Made by a program: the position numbers and the translations under genes. Positions 13,561-26,418 of a stretch of 64,000 nucleotides of DNA are shown here, in pieces. Source of the stretch: Camelus dromedarius (taxonomy: Eukaryota). Where the stretch lies: positions 35,156,001 to 35,220,000 of the forward strand of contig NC_087437.1 in assembly GCF_036321535.1 (NCBI RefSeq), read 5' to 3'. The first letter of the stretch is position 1. The number at the start of each line of letters is the position of its first letter. The notes beneath the pieces are model-generated. The model saw only the letters and a list, made by a program, of their open reading frames with translations. It was not told where the DNA came from and ran no database searches.

Positions 13561-14049
13561 AGGTAAAAAAATAATTAGAAAAGTCTTGAAAAGTCCAGAG
13601 TTATCCCCATTCCAAGCTCCAGTGAACTTTGCTTATGCTGTTCTTCCCTTCTGGAAGATACTTCCTAATAACTCTGAATGTAGTTAAATAATAGCCTTCC
13701 GTAAAGGACTGGATTTCAAACATCTTCAAACCCAGCAGAGAGGAAAAGTACATTTTACCTTGTGATCCAGGGTACGCACACATACACATAGCTATGTAAC
13801 TGAGATAGACATCTCTCAAAATAATATGCTGCAGTTCACGCTGATGTTTTATTTCCATTCTGTTCTATTCCATTTGATTTGATTCTATTCTGCTGTGTTC
13901 TATGTTATTCTCATCATTCATTACAAAATACCCCAATTATGAGCTACCGCATTGATTTCTTAACATGCCAATTGCAACCTGCAGTTGGAAAAACCCTCCT
14001 TTAATGCTTAACTCAAATGCTAACTTCTTCAAGAAGTCTCTGCATGGTC

Positions 14050-14182
14050 CAGGTTGGTAGACACTAGCCACATGTGGCAATTAAAATTTTTAGTGCTCAA
14101 GAGCCACATGTGGCTTATGGCTACCATATTGGACAGCACAAACAGAATATTTCCATCTGCAGAAAATGTTATTGGGCAGTGC
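14050..14182. mobile_element. MER3/MER33-type hAT-Charlie relic
   Basis: Repeated agccacatgtggc and ggctaccatattggacagcac. Confidence 0.65.
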
Positions 14183-14444
14183 TTTTGGGTCTCTCCATCT
14201 CTTGCTTGGACTAATGAAATGGCCTACAGCTTGTCTCCTTTTCACCTTATAATCTTCCATGCCTCTGCTGGAATTAACTTTCTAAAATTATGGATTTATT
14301 TTTCTGCTTGAAGCCCTTCAGTGGTGCTCCATGTCCTATGAAATGAATCATTCATTTGAGGCCCTTCACAGCTGGATTCCTCCACCTCTCCTACATCATC
14401 TCTGAACTCTCCTGCTAAATGCCATTCACTTTTTTTTTCATTTT

Positions 14445-14866
14445 AAAATTTATTTGTGTATTTAGTTTACAATATCATATATTAAAATGGAATTATAGTT
14501 AATATATAATATTATATGTTATAGGTATACAATATAGTAATTCATAATTTTTAAAGGTTATACTCCATTTATAGTTATTATAAAATATTGGCTCTATTCC
14601 TCATGGTACAATATATCCTTGTTGCTTATTTTATACCTGATAGTTTGTACTTCATAATCCTCTACCTCCATCTTGCTCCTCCCCCTTTCCTCTCCCCACT
14701 GGTAACCACTAGTTCCTTCTCTACATCTGTGAGTCTGTTTCTTTTCTGTTATACTCACTAGTTTGTTGTATTTTTTTAGACTCCACGTGTAAGTGATATC
14801 TTACAGTATTTGTCTTTGTCTGACTTATTTCTCTTAGCACAATGCCCTCCAAGTCCACCCATGCTG
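14445..14866 (-). mobile_element. L1 3' fragment nested in L2-like sequence
   Basis: ctctccccactggtaaccactag...tgtgagtctgtttc...gtaagtgatatc...tgacttatttc..ttagcacaatgccctccaagtcca. Confidence 0.75.
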
Positions 14867-15019
14867 TATGCCTGCTACTCACTCTTAATCTTCCATGTTT
14901 TAGTTCATCCTCTTTTCTTTTCTAGAAATATTTTTGTTTCTCTTTTCTTTTTAAAAAAAAATATTTTATTTATTTTGTTTGTGGGGTTTTTTTTTTTTTT
15001 TTTTTGGTTTGGTTTTGAA

Positions 15020-15126
15020 GGGGGAGGTAAGTAGGTTTATTTATTTAGTTATTTTAGTAAAGGTACTGGGGATTGAAACCAGGACCTTGTGCATGCTAGG
15101 CATGTACTCTGCTACAATACCCTCCC
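15020..15126 (-). mobile_element. tRNA-derived SINE (Vic-1-like)
   Basis: Reverse complement of the 9121 element (ggtactggggattgaaaccaggaccttgtgcatgctagg) with a T-rich tail to the left. Confidence 0.8.
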
Positions 15127-16670
15127 TTGCCCTTTTCTGTTAGATAAAAATCCTATTTACTTTCAAGGCATAACTCCTATCTTCTCTCTTCTATGAAATA
15201 TTCTCAGGAGACCACTCTTCCTAAGGAAAGTGTATTATTTTCTTTTATGGGTTACTATTGTAGCATTTATACTGTATTATAATTAGCCACGTACAGTGTT
15301 TCCCCACTAGACTATGAGAGGTTTAAATACTGGGAAGATGCCATCATCATCTCTTTGTCCCCAGTGCCTGGAATGGGATACTTATGCACCGATGAACTGG
15401 TTGGCTGGCTGACTGATTGAATTGTAAGGATGTTGAAGGCAGGGAGCAGACTTGTACTTAAATAATATCTCCATAGCACAATGTGGGGCACATTGAAGGT
15501 ACTTATGAATTCTCATGGTCTATTTTCAAGCGATGAGTTTTATACAGATTGTTTTCTGAAATTTCAGTGCAATCTGCCTTTTGTAGGATACAAGGGAGTT
15601 GTACTAATTTTTTTATTATAACAAATACTTTTTCATTTTCTCATAGTATTAAAAGTTCATGAACTCTGGGGGGGGGGCATGAAAAACACTTGTGAAGTGG
15701 TTTTAAATCCCATTAAAATGGCTTTTACAGGGGTTTACTCCAGGTGAGTTGGAATTTAAGACTGGTAGGTAGAAAAGTGGTTCTAATGAAGAAGAAGAAG
15801 AAAAAAAAAAATCCCAGGATGAGAACATCTGAAGTTCTAAATTCTACTGTGGCTTTTTTCTTTTCTCTTCTCTTTATCCTTTTCCTTTCTCTTTATTTCT
15901 CTTCATTTGTTGATTCATAGTTTCATTTTACTTTGTGTCCTTGGGCAAGTTCCAAAATCTTTCTGTGTCACAGCTTCTCTGTGTAAAATGAAGATGATAA
16001 TTGATAATTGCCTCTAAGTCTGTCTCAGTGATGTGATAAGAAATGTAGGAATAGTTTGTGAGCTCTTCAGAAGTAATTGTAAGTGTCATAGTAACAGTAA
16101 TAGTAGTGTTTACTGTTGTTCCTTGTGGACTGGTACAACTTTAAACTGCTTGCAAGATTTTATTAAATTGTGGAGTCAGAAAGTCTTCATGGAATATTCT
16201 ATAACGGTTACCTCAACAATGGTGTGCCTTGTATATTTTACAGGGAAAAAAATATCACCCCTGATTTAGGTTTGCTAATTGAATTGCCTAGTACATTAAA
16301 AAATAATAAAACAATATTTGTATATAGCCATTACCACAAACCGCTATTTGAAAGGCATTGCAATCTTTACACAAATTTTTAAACAATTGTGCTAGGTAGG
16401 GCCACCACATACCATTGTGTGGGCTGAGCGCTGTGTAACCTTATGTCATGGTTCTTATATTCGGGTCCTAATCACAAACTACTTCTTTATGTGAACACAG
16501 TTTGATTCACAAAGATACAAAGTTTGTATGATTAAAGGCAAAACCTCATATTGTGTCTGTGTAAGAATCAGACACAATAGTAGTTTATTGACTTCCCAGT
16601 TTCCATATATTTTGCTCTAAGTTTTCTGTGGGTGACTCCATTTTCTGTGTCCCACAGAAAGTTCTATTCT

Positions 16671-16893
16671 TTTTTTTTTTTAATTTATTGTGTAATTTCT
16701 TTTCTTTTCTTTTAAACTTTTTTTTATTGAGTTATAGTGATTTTACAATGTTATGTCAAATTCCAGTGTAGAGCACAATTTTTCAGTTATACATGAACAT
16801 ACATATATTCATTGTCACATTTGTTTTTTCGCTATGAGCCACCACAAGATCTTGTATATATTTCCCTGTGCTATACAGTATAATCTTGTTTAT
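16671..16893 (-). mobile_element. Short L1 3' end with 16-bp TSD
   Basis: TSD cagaaagttctattct (16655-16670) / cagaaggttctattct (16894-16909), with a poly-T tail on the left. Confidence 0.85.
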
Positions 16894-18071
16894 CAGAAGG
16901 TTCTATTCTTGCTTAGCATTTTCCAAGGATTTTCTTTTCATCTTAGAATACTTTCTAGTCATCCTCTGGCAAGCAATTTCTCATGCTGATACTGAGGTAA
17001 ATATTGGAAATCAGGCCAGAAATGATGGATCTGAAGTCCAAGTCTTTAAAGGGAGCTAAAAAAAAAAGTCAACTTAAAAGTCTGATAAATTAAAGCCAGA
17101 GAAGAAAATCAAACAGCCATAGGGCAATTAAGGAACTTTCTTTACACATTCATTAATTAGCTGGACAATTTTATAGACTTCTCAGAGAGGAATAAACAAA
17201 TAGTTGCAAGTCAAAGCATGTTTCTGCTTTTAGGCAACTAAGTTACTCTAAGTTTTATAATCTTATAACAATTTAGACAAGTTGTTGTTGGTACTGTGTT
17301 GGTTTGACTTACAGACAAGAGTAGTGTTTTTGTATCTGATCCAGACTTACTGCTTCCAACAAAAGCAGAACAATAGAAAACATGTATTTCCAGTCCAACT
17401 ATCCATTGTGTAACTGTATTTTCAAAGCAGTCCTTGTTGTGTGGCATCTTATGAAAGACTCTAAAGAGATTTATGAATGAAAGACTTCTAGCTGGGAAAG
17501 AAAATTTGGAATTTCACTTTAACAGAAAATTTCACAATAATTTAGGAAACACTAAGTTCTGATTAGATCAATTGCAATGTCACATTGGCCATTAAAAAGG
17601 AGAGATATACATAGTGAAACTAGAAAAGAGCAGCAAGTACACTGCTGAGTAGATGTTATGAATAAGAAGAGAAATTTGTAACAGGAATGATATATCTTGC
17701 CTTGCTCCTGGTGTGCTTTCATTGACTCATACAGAAGCAGGGCAAGTATCCTTCTTTAGTTCTGCCCAGTTTGGAGTGGAGAGTAGGGCTTCTGGACTAA
17801 GTTTTAAACTTTAATGCCATTTCCCAGGATAAGCCTCTTTATTACTATTTTATTTTAAAAAGGAAAGAAAGAAAAGAAACCCTGTTATCCTATAAAGAAG
17901 GAAAGAGGAAAGAGTATAGCTTCCAGGTGGCTTTTTCCTTCTGAAGATTTTGTTCCCCAGGACTGCCAATTTGTTTTTAGAAGTAGAAAGTGAACAGAGC
18001 TACCACACTAACAGTGGCCTTAAAGTCATTAACAATCATTTTTAAAAAGTCATTAAATGTACACACGTGTT

Positions 18072-18535
18072 AAAGCGCATTATTTACAATAGCCAAAAGC
18101 AACCCAAAAATCCATTGGCAGATGAATGGGTAAACAAAATGTAGTATATACATACAATGGAATATTATTTATCTTTTAAAAATAAGGAAATTCTAATGCA
18201 GGCTACAACATAGATGAACCTTGAGGACATTGTGCCAAGTGAAATAAACCAAAAAGACAAGCGCTGTATGATTTCCCTTATCTGAGACATCTAAAGGAGT
18301 CAAGCTCATAGAAACAAAGTAGAATAGTGGCTACCAGGGATTGGAGAAAGGGAGAAATTGAGAGTTGTTTTTCAATGGGTATGAAGTTTCAGTTTTGCAA
18401 GATGAAAACATTCTGAAGACTGGTTGCACAACAATGTGAATATACTTAATATTACTGAGTGGTATGTGTAAAAATGGCTAAGATGGTAAATTTTAATGTT
18501 ACGATATCTTCCTGCAATTTACAATTTTTAAATTA
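18072..18535 (+). mobile_element. L1MB-type 3' end
   Basis: gcattatttacaatagccaaaa...gatgaatgggtaaacaaaatgtagtatatacatacaatggaatattatt...gatgaaccttgaggacatt...ggttgcacaacaatgtgaatatacttaat. Confidence 0.8.
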
Positions 18536-19112
18536 AATATTCATTGATAATGAATAACTCTAAAAACTAAGAAGGAACTGAATGTTTTTTAAATCTTATT
18601 TTTTTTTATTGAATTGTAGTTGATTTACAATGTTAATTTCAGGTGTACAGCAAAACAGTAAGAGGGACTAAAATTTTAAAATATACTTTAAAATAGTCTG
18701 AACAGTGTTTCTAAAGGCCTGATTTTCTCAGGAGCTAGAAGCCTGACCACACACACACACACAAAAGTCAAGCCATTGTCTCATCCCTGCCTATCATCAT
18801 TATATTTGATATGTCTTCAGAAATAGAGGACTTTTTTCCCCAGGGAAAAACTTGAGCAGGGAGGGTGAGTTACTGCCATGCTGATTTCTACTTGCTGAGC
18901 ACTTACTCCCAGTGTTCTGCTAAAGGAAATCTAGTTTCATAGGCAGCTGGTCAACCAAGACTCTTCCAGTAGTATTTTCTAGTACTAATTTTCTGTTTTC
19001 CTTGTAATTTTTTGAGTAGCATTGAATAGATTTGCTCATAAAATGTCTTTGCTTTTGTTTATTTTTCTGTCCTTTGTCTTCTCCTCTTCTGTCTCATTCT
19101 TCTGGTTTATTC

Positions 19113-19114
<2 letters not shown>

Positions 19115-19151
<37 letters not shown>

Positions 19152-19270
19152 CTTATGGGGTGAGGTAATTAGGTTTATTTATTTATTTATAGAGGAAGTA
19201 CTGGGGATTGAACTCAGGACCTCGTGTATGTTAAGCATGCACTCTACCACTTGAGAGCTCCCCCCCCCCC
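19115..19270 (-). mobile_element. tRNA-derived SINE (Vic-1-like) with (TTTA)n tail
   Basis: Same SINE body. TSD cttctggtttattctt on both sides (~19099-19114 and ~19271-19286). Confidence 0.85.
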
Positions 19271-20255
19271 CTTCTGGTTTATTCTTTATTTTTTATTATA
19301 CTGTCTGGAAATCTTCCAGTGAAGATTTTGGTATTTTTCTTATTTTGATGACCAGCAACACTGAAACTTTCATAGATGTGATTTTTGTATGTGTGTGACA
19401 ATAGTAACATAGTCTGTTGCTTTTTTTTTTTTTCTCCTGCCCTCAGCTGACCTGCTTCTGTATCTGTTATTATTGCTTTTAGGAAAATAAGTGGAGAGCT
19501 AGGCTGACTCCAAGGGCCATGGAAATAGACACAGCATTGTTGAGGTGTTCTCTCTGCCAACCCCCAGATCATGGGACATTTCCCTACTGGGCTGGTTAAC
19601 ATTCTAGGTCAGCTAGTTTATTGGGGGGTGGTAGGGTGAGGTGAGGAGGGAAAGGCAGGAGTTAGAGTTATGTTAAAACATGTTGTTGCTTTCAGGCAAT
19701 TAAATTAATTAAATTTTATAATCTGGTACTTAGAAGTGAATGTCTTTTTTTAAAGGTTTATTTATTTATTATTTAATTTATTAATTTTTTTTATTGAGTT
19801 ATAGTCAGTTTACAGAAGTGAGTTTCTTAAATGATACACTAGAAGAAAAACATCTCAATGACAATTTAGCCAAGTGGATTTCTCATTCTTCTGCGCAGAA
19901 CGGTGTAGACAAACTATGTTTGCTTCATTCAGTTTCACCTGCTCCCAAGTACATGGGTACCTGCATGAGCCTCGGGAAAAGTGGAAAAGGGCCTAGCTCC
20001 AAGCTTGTTCTTTTCAAAACAATTGTTTTGTTTCCTAAGAACTTTGTTGATTCTCAAGTAAATGTGAAGAAGGCTAATGGCACTGGGAGTATTAAGAAAA
20101 ATATTTTCAACCAATAGATTTTGAAACCAATTTAACTATAGGCTTAAACTGGGTGAAAGGAAATGTTCTTTTATCTATTGGAATAAATGTGGGCTTGTTT
20201 GTCAAGAATACAAGAGGAAATCTGCCAAGTCAGAAAAATATTTGGATTTAAATTC

Positions 20256-20679
20256 TGTAATAGGTTGAATGATGGGCCTCCAAAAGATAGGTCCATATCC
20301 TGGAACTTGTGAATGTGACCTTATTTGGGACAAGTGTCTTTGTAGATGTAATTAAGTTACAGATCTTGGCAAGAGCTCATCCTGGATTACCCATGTCAAT
20401 CCTACATCCCATGATAAGTGTCCTCAGAAGACAGACACAGAGGAGAAGGCTAGCAAAGACAGAGGCAGATTGGAATTATGTAGCCATAAGCCAAGACACC
20501 ATTAGAAGCTGGAAGAGGCAAAGGAGAATTTTCCCCTAGAGCCTTTGGAGGGAGCGCAGCCCTGCTGACATCTTGATTTCAGACTTCTAGCTTCCAGAAC
20601 TATCAGAGAACAATTTTCTCCTGTTTTAAGCTACCAACTTTGTGGTACTTTGTTTCAGCAGACCCAGGGAATGAATTCA
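20256..20679 (+). mobile_element. MaLR solo LTR (MLT1B/C-like)
   Basis: TG...CA ends. gtgaatgtgaccttatttgg, agaagctggaagaggcaa, ccctagagccttt, cagccctgctgaca, ccagaact motifs. Confidence 0.8.
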
Positions 20680-22451
20680 GATCTCTTCCTTAAAAATACT
20701 GGACTCTTACAATGTGGAGTTCTCTCCAGAAAACAGAAACAGCATTTATTAAGTACCACTATGGGAGGCACTGACTAAATGCTAAACTTAAATGATTCCT
20801 ATTTTAAAAATGAAGAAATTGAGGCCCAGAGTCTCACTGTGACCACACGGGGAGCTGGGTGTTAATCCTGCCAAGAGGCAGTGTGCTAAGTAGTCATGAG
20901 CTCTGGCTCTGGGTGCTGTCTGGATTTGGCCCTGGCTGAGTTGCTCAACCCATTTAACTCCACTTCCTCTACTGGAAAAAAAAAAAGGAATGATAATAGA
21001 ACTTCATTCATACAGTTTCTGGGAAGATTAGGAGTTGGAAAGTATTTAGAATCATACATGGGAAGGCCTTCAAGGAATGGTAATTGTTATGATTATTATA
21101 TACTATACTGATATATTATTGCTAAGGCTATGAATACCAGGCAAAGAAAAAAAAAAAGAATGAGATCATTTTTTAAGGCAGAATGGGTGGACTTTACCAG
21201 TTATTAAGATAGAAGCTACTTTTAGAGAGATCAGTCTTCAGAACGTTTATTCAGTTCTGGTGTTGCCATCAGAAAGGAGAGAAAAAAAAAATACATTTCC
21301 TCATTTCAAAGATGAGAACACTGAGACTCACTGTGTATTCATACCTCACCTACTGTCAGTAGCCAAGGAGGAAGGAACACTGGGATATAGTCTTAGGGTT
21401 CTCTCACTCCAAAGTGGTCTTTCTATCACACCAAATGCCTTTACAAATGCTGTGCCCAACAGGGTATTTTTTGAATTAGTAAAATCAGGCTTCATTGTCA
21501 GTAACTTTAGAGTAAGTGAAGCTTCCTGAACTCTTTTGAAATGAAGAAATTGTTGCCAACTGTTTCAGAACCATAAATCTCTTAAAACATTACAGCAAAA
21601 AGGATGGATTAAGAAACAATCATTCAGAAGATAAATCTGTTTCTTTTTGTCCACACCCTCTCCTCTTTTTAAATTTTTTCCATTTACTATAGATTTAATA
21701 AAAGTGGGTTGGTGGCTAGTGGTAATCTAGGTGTTTTTCTTTTTTTCATTCTATTTCTCTTTCTTTCTTTCTTAAAAATAAAATAAGCAGAAAGAAAACA
21801 AATGTCCCATATGAACACTGACCAGCCTTACTCTTATTAACATTTTTTAAGAAAATGTTTTTATTTTATCCTATTTCTCTCTTAATTTGTCCTCTCTGGT
21901 TAACTAAATACTTACTGAAAAATTTACTCCTGTCTTATATCAAAGGTCTTCCAGAGTAAGATGCTGCTCCATTTAAATAAAAAATGAAGGATGCCAAAAC
22001 AGAAGCAACTTTAACCAGCAGACCCACAAATCAGATAGCAGCTGGTGCTATGTAATCCTGACACTGGCACTTGTACTGGGATTGGCCAGAGGTTCCTAAC
22101 CAGGAGGCCAAGAACTTGGTGGGGGGGTGGGGGGAGGAGAATGAATCTGTGAACTACTTGAAATGTTTGCAAATTTTGCATAAACATTTTCAGTATACAC
22201 TTCAAAGGAGACTGTCATGTCTGTAAACTAAGAACCACTGTTTTGAGGCCTTGTTACTAAAGTTAATTGCCACATTTTACTCCTTTGTATCATCTTAAAT
22301 GCCATGATAATATCGAGTCTATCATAAATGTTTCTTGGTTGCTTAAGCAACAACCAGAAGCTCCCTCTTATTAAAGATGTCATCTTGTAATCAGAAAGGG
22401 GCAGATTTCTAAAAGTGAGATTCCTTGATATAATGAGAAGAATCTACCTGC

Positions 22452-22544
22452 CTAGGAGGGTCCAGGTCTGGGTTCTTGTCCTTGCTCCTTCGAGAAATGA
22501 TTCCGTGTGCGTTACTTCTCCTCTCTGGGTTGCAGTTTCTTCAT
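22452..22544 (-). other. SPTSSB: SPTSSB non-coding exon 2 (93 nt), derived from a MIR SINE
   Basis: Minus strand reads ttaatttcacag|ATGAAGAAACTGCAACCCAGAGAGG...CCCTCCTAG|gcaggtag. The start matches the MIR core (acagatgaggaaactgaggcccagagagg). Length and sequence agree with my recollection of the human SPTSSB middle UTR exon, which I did not check against a database. Confidence 0.75.
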
Positions 22545-23616
22545 CTGTGAAATTAAGATTTCAGTTAAATCCAAAGATGCCTTCAAACTTGAGAACAACT
22601 CTATTCCATGTTAAAGATGATTAAACCTCTTAGATGGATAATCTCTCACAAAATTCTTGCATGTAGTATAAAAACAAAGCATGACAAGTTAGCCTCATTT
22701 GAAAATTTATTTTTAGAGAAGGTTGTAGTATTGAGGACATGTCATTGTCCTTAATGGACTCTGAGGACTATAAGGTGCACATTACCATCCATAGCAGGGT
22801 TGCAGGGAGGCCCCAGGTGGGACAAAGAGACAGAAGCTAAGACCCTCCCATCTCGCTTTTAGCAGAGTAGCCTGCTTTTAGTCTGCTTTATACACTGGGT
22901 TTCTGGGAAAGATTTTGTTTGTAGAAAATATTTCTTGGTTTTAACTAGTCTTTGTTGATATCCATGTGGGGGAGAAAAAAAGGAAAAAGAGATTAGCTTA
23001 ATCACTGTATTTAAACCTCTATTTAAATTGTATTGAAAAAGCCCAGGAAACAGAGTCAGAAGCCTTAAGACTTATTTCCTATTTTATTTATTTATTACTC
23101 TGTCACATCAGGCAAGTCAGATAGTCTTTCTGAATCTTTGTTCTCACATGTAGAATGATAATAATATCTTTTCCACAGGGTAGTTGTAAGAATTAAATGA
23201 AATAATGTTTGTGAAAGTGTTTTGTAATTAGTGAAGCATCACAAAGATGGTGAGTGGGTCTTGAGTGGTGAGCCCCAGAGCTCTGCATTTTGTCCTCACC
23301 GTTGTAGCATTTTTGTGTATCTGATTTATGTCATAGAAAATATGCCTGATTCAATTTTCTAATGAGCCAAAGTTATGGGGTAGAGTTGTAAAAGACTTAG
23401 CAGATTACAAAGTTCCAAAAATGACTGAGGGTAAAACTTAGGAAAATACAAAGTCTTGTTCTTCAGTTCAAAAAGTCAATTGTCCAGGGGTAAGATAGGG
23501 AAAATGTGGCCCATGATCAGTTAAAACAAAACAGACTAGGGAATTATCCTTGCCTTCAAGTTCTTTTTGAGCCAATAGTGTTGGGAAATGGTTGGCAAAT
23601 AAATAAGTGATCCAAT

Positions 23617-23954
23617 TGTCTTAGTCCATTTGAACCCTTATAACAAAATACCACAGACTGCGTATAAACAACAGAAATTCATTTCTTACAGTTCTGGAGA
23701 CTGGGTAGCCCAAGGTCAAGGAGCCAGCACAGCTGCATTCTGGAAAAGGCACCCTTCCTGTTCCTAGTGCCACCTTCTCACTGTGTCTTCACATGGTGGA
23801 AGGGACAAGGGATCTCTCTGGAGCCTCTTACAAGAACACTAATCTCATCATGAAGGTTCCATTCTCAAGACCTAAGCACTTCCTCCTAATACCATCTCCT
23901 TTGGGAGTTAGGAGTCAACATATGAATCTGGGGGGACACATTCAGACTGTAGCA
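23617..23954 (-). mobile_element. MaLR solo LTR (MLT1A-like) with 5-bp TSD
   Basis: tgtcttagtccattt...aaaataccacagactg...aacaacagaaatt...acattcagactgtagca, flanked by CCAAT on both sides. Confidence 0.85.
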
Positions 23955-24792
23955 CCAATATTCTGATACATTTATAGAAGTACTGCGCCATAGATAAGGA
24001 AAGGGAGCTACAGCTCTTGGTTTGATTACCATCCTTCTTCCAGCTGTTAAAAATGGTCACTCCAGCAAGTTGAGCACATCCACAGGAAGCTAGATGGAGA
24101 AAATCTGGGAGGTTTCCAATGGGAAGTATTGAGAGCAGATCTGGGGGGAGGAATGTGGTCACGGAGGTCTTAAAAGATCTAAAAGATTTTAAATGGTGTT
24201 GCAAGATATTATGGAGGGGTAAGTTTGAAATTGTTTTTATTGTTTTCAGAGGTGAATCTCAGGAAAAACTTTAAATAATAAGAGCAATCTAAAGGGAAAG
24301 GGGTGGGCTGATTGAAGTAGTAAGAATTCCATTAGGGAAACTGTTCAAGCAGAGTCCAGACAAAACCTTCTGAGGGTTGCTATCAACCAGGAGGAAGGGT
24401 TTAATAAGAGATTTCTAAGCTTTCATCAAGTCTAAGATACTATTTCTATAATAGAATTCAGTGTCCCACTGGAGAATGATTTGCTTCATTAATTTTTTTT
24501 TTTTGTCATAATAAGAGTTTGGGTTTGGAAATTGGCAAGCTCCAGTTTGCCATTGTGTGATATTCAGGATGTTGCATAATCACTGTAAGCATCAGTTATG
24601 TCCTGAGTAACACGGAGATAGTTAATTCTGTGTTACTGTGAAGATTGCACAACACTGGTAATGGATGGTTAATGGTGCCTGGTCTTAATAATAGCTCAAG
24701 GATGGTAACTTTTATCACAATTTTTATTTGTTCCTCTTATTTTCTACATGATTCTATTTCTTTTCCTAAGAGATTCCTTTCTGGTGACTCTA

Positions 24793-24934
24793 TTGAGCCG
24801 CCTGTCCTGACATCTCCTTCAAGACTGGGTTAGAGCTTCTTTCTACTTCCCTGTCATAGCACTTATCACACTGTAGGATGCTTGTGTTACTGTCTCTCCT
24901 CTCTAGAAAGTGGCCTGAGAAGCACGGGTGATGT
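24793..24934 (+). repeat. Left arm of ~140-bp inverted repeat (L2-derived)
   Basis: The reverse complement aligns to 26419-26559. Positions 24837-24886 are a perfect 50-bp match to 26469-26518. Confidence 0.92.
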
Positions 24935-26418
24935 GAGTGGGTAAAATGGTGATTCCTATGAGTCTGGGAGAAAAAATATTCACCCTGTAGGTTAGGGATG
25001 AGTACCATATCATCTGTTTAGTGTTGCATCAGTTTTTGTTTCCTCCTAAGGGGAGGAAACCTGTGGGACAACATTTTCGTCCTGAATTATAGCCTGATTT
25101 TCCTGCCCATCAAAACCAGAACCAGGCCAACCTGATTGATTTTTTTCTTTGTTTAAAGTTTTAGGCAATAAAATATCCTATTAAAAATTTAAGGACCAAG
25201 CTCTCCCTGTGGAGTCTCAAGGAATAAAAAGAGTTGGTAACTGAAGTACTGAGGTCAGTTACATATTCCTATCCCTAATTTTTTCTATCAGTCAAACGAT
25301 TCTAAGCTACTTTTACCTAAAAATTAGTCTCCAGTGGATGAGTTAATAAAGAGGAAGCAGTTTACTATTCTTAGGAGAAGATAAAAAAACATGAGATTCC
25401 CCCATGGTTGGGGAAGAGATTAAGAGAATACTTCTTAACAGCCATAGAGGGACTCATTGAAGTTACTAGGTTTCCATAGGTCAGTCACTGGTTGGTTTTT
25501 CTTCTTATTTAGAAGATAACAGAAAACTGCATGTGAGGAGGCACTATGATAAATCTGACCAAAAGTCTTACACAAAAAAGAGGATAATTAGATTTTCAAA
25601 ACAAATAAAAAAGAAAACATAACACTTTTAAGTTCAGATAAGACTTGACTTCAAATAAAATTTTTTTCCACTTTTCTTCTTTCTTCTGCATCAGTGAACA
25701 TTTATTGATGTTTATTGGGCATGACATTCTATGCAAAACAAGTATGTTCCAGAAGAACAGAGATGAACTGGCACTCTGGCTGGTGGGTGTGAGAGCAGGA
25801 GAGGTATTATTGCCCCAGAAAAATTGCTTTGGGGATGCCATCTTGAGCTTTTTTCTTTCTTTCTGTTTCTAGTCCTTTAAATTTTCTTGTTCAATATCCT
25901 ACTTATATTTATTCCCCAAATCTCTTTTTAATCTTCTCAGAGATCTTGACCTCAAAGTGAAAACCTTAGCTTGGAATTCCTAATGGACATCCTCTGATCT
26001 TACAATGGAGCTGAAAGAGCAGGGCTGCAATATTTGAATAGCAAACTGTCACCCAGGACGCTGCCATTCTGGATTGGTACTAATAGTGGCTATTTACTGA
26101 GCAGCTTACGTCCCAGAACTTTGCTAACCACTTAATAAGTATTACCTTATGCAATTCACGTAACAACACTATAACAGAGGCACTATTTCTATACCTATTT
26201 TACAAATGAGAAAACTGAGGCATTGGGAAATTTAAATATTGACCCAAAGTCTCACAGCTAATGCAGAGCACACACTCTTTTAACTACTCTCCCAGACTGC
26301 CTCTCTATGCAAGACCTCTGGTCACAACTTGGCAAATCATCCATCCCTCCATCCCTCCATCCATCCAATCAAATATTCAGTAAGCAGGTACTAGAGATAT
26401 AAACTACGAGTAGGATTG

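Noticed and set aside
21345..21440. Alternative candidate for SPTSSB exon 2 (minus-strand donor AG|GTGAGG)
   Set aside because: It has no convincing polypyrimidine tract or acceptor. The 22452-22544 candidate fits better.
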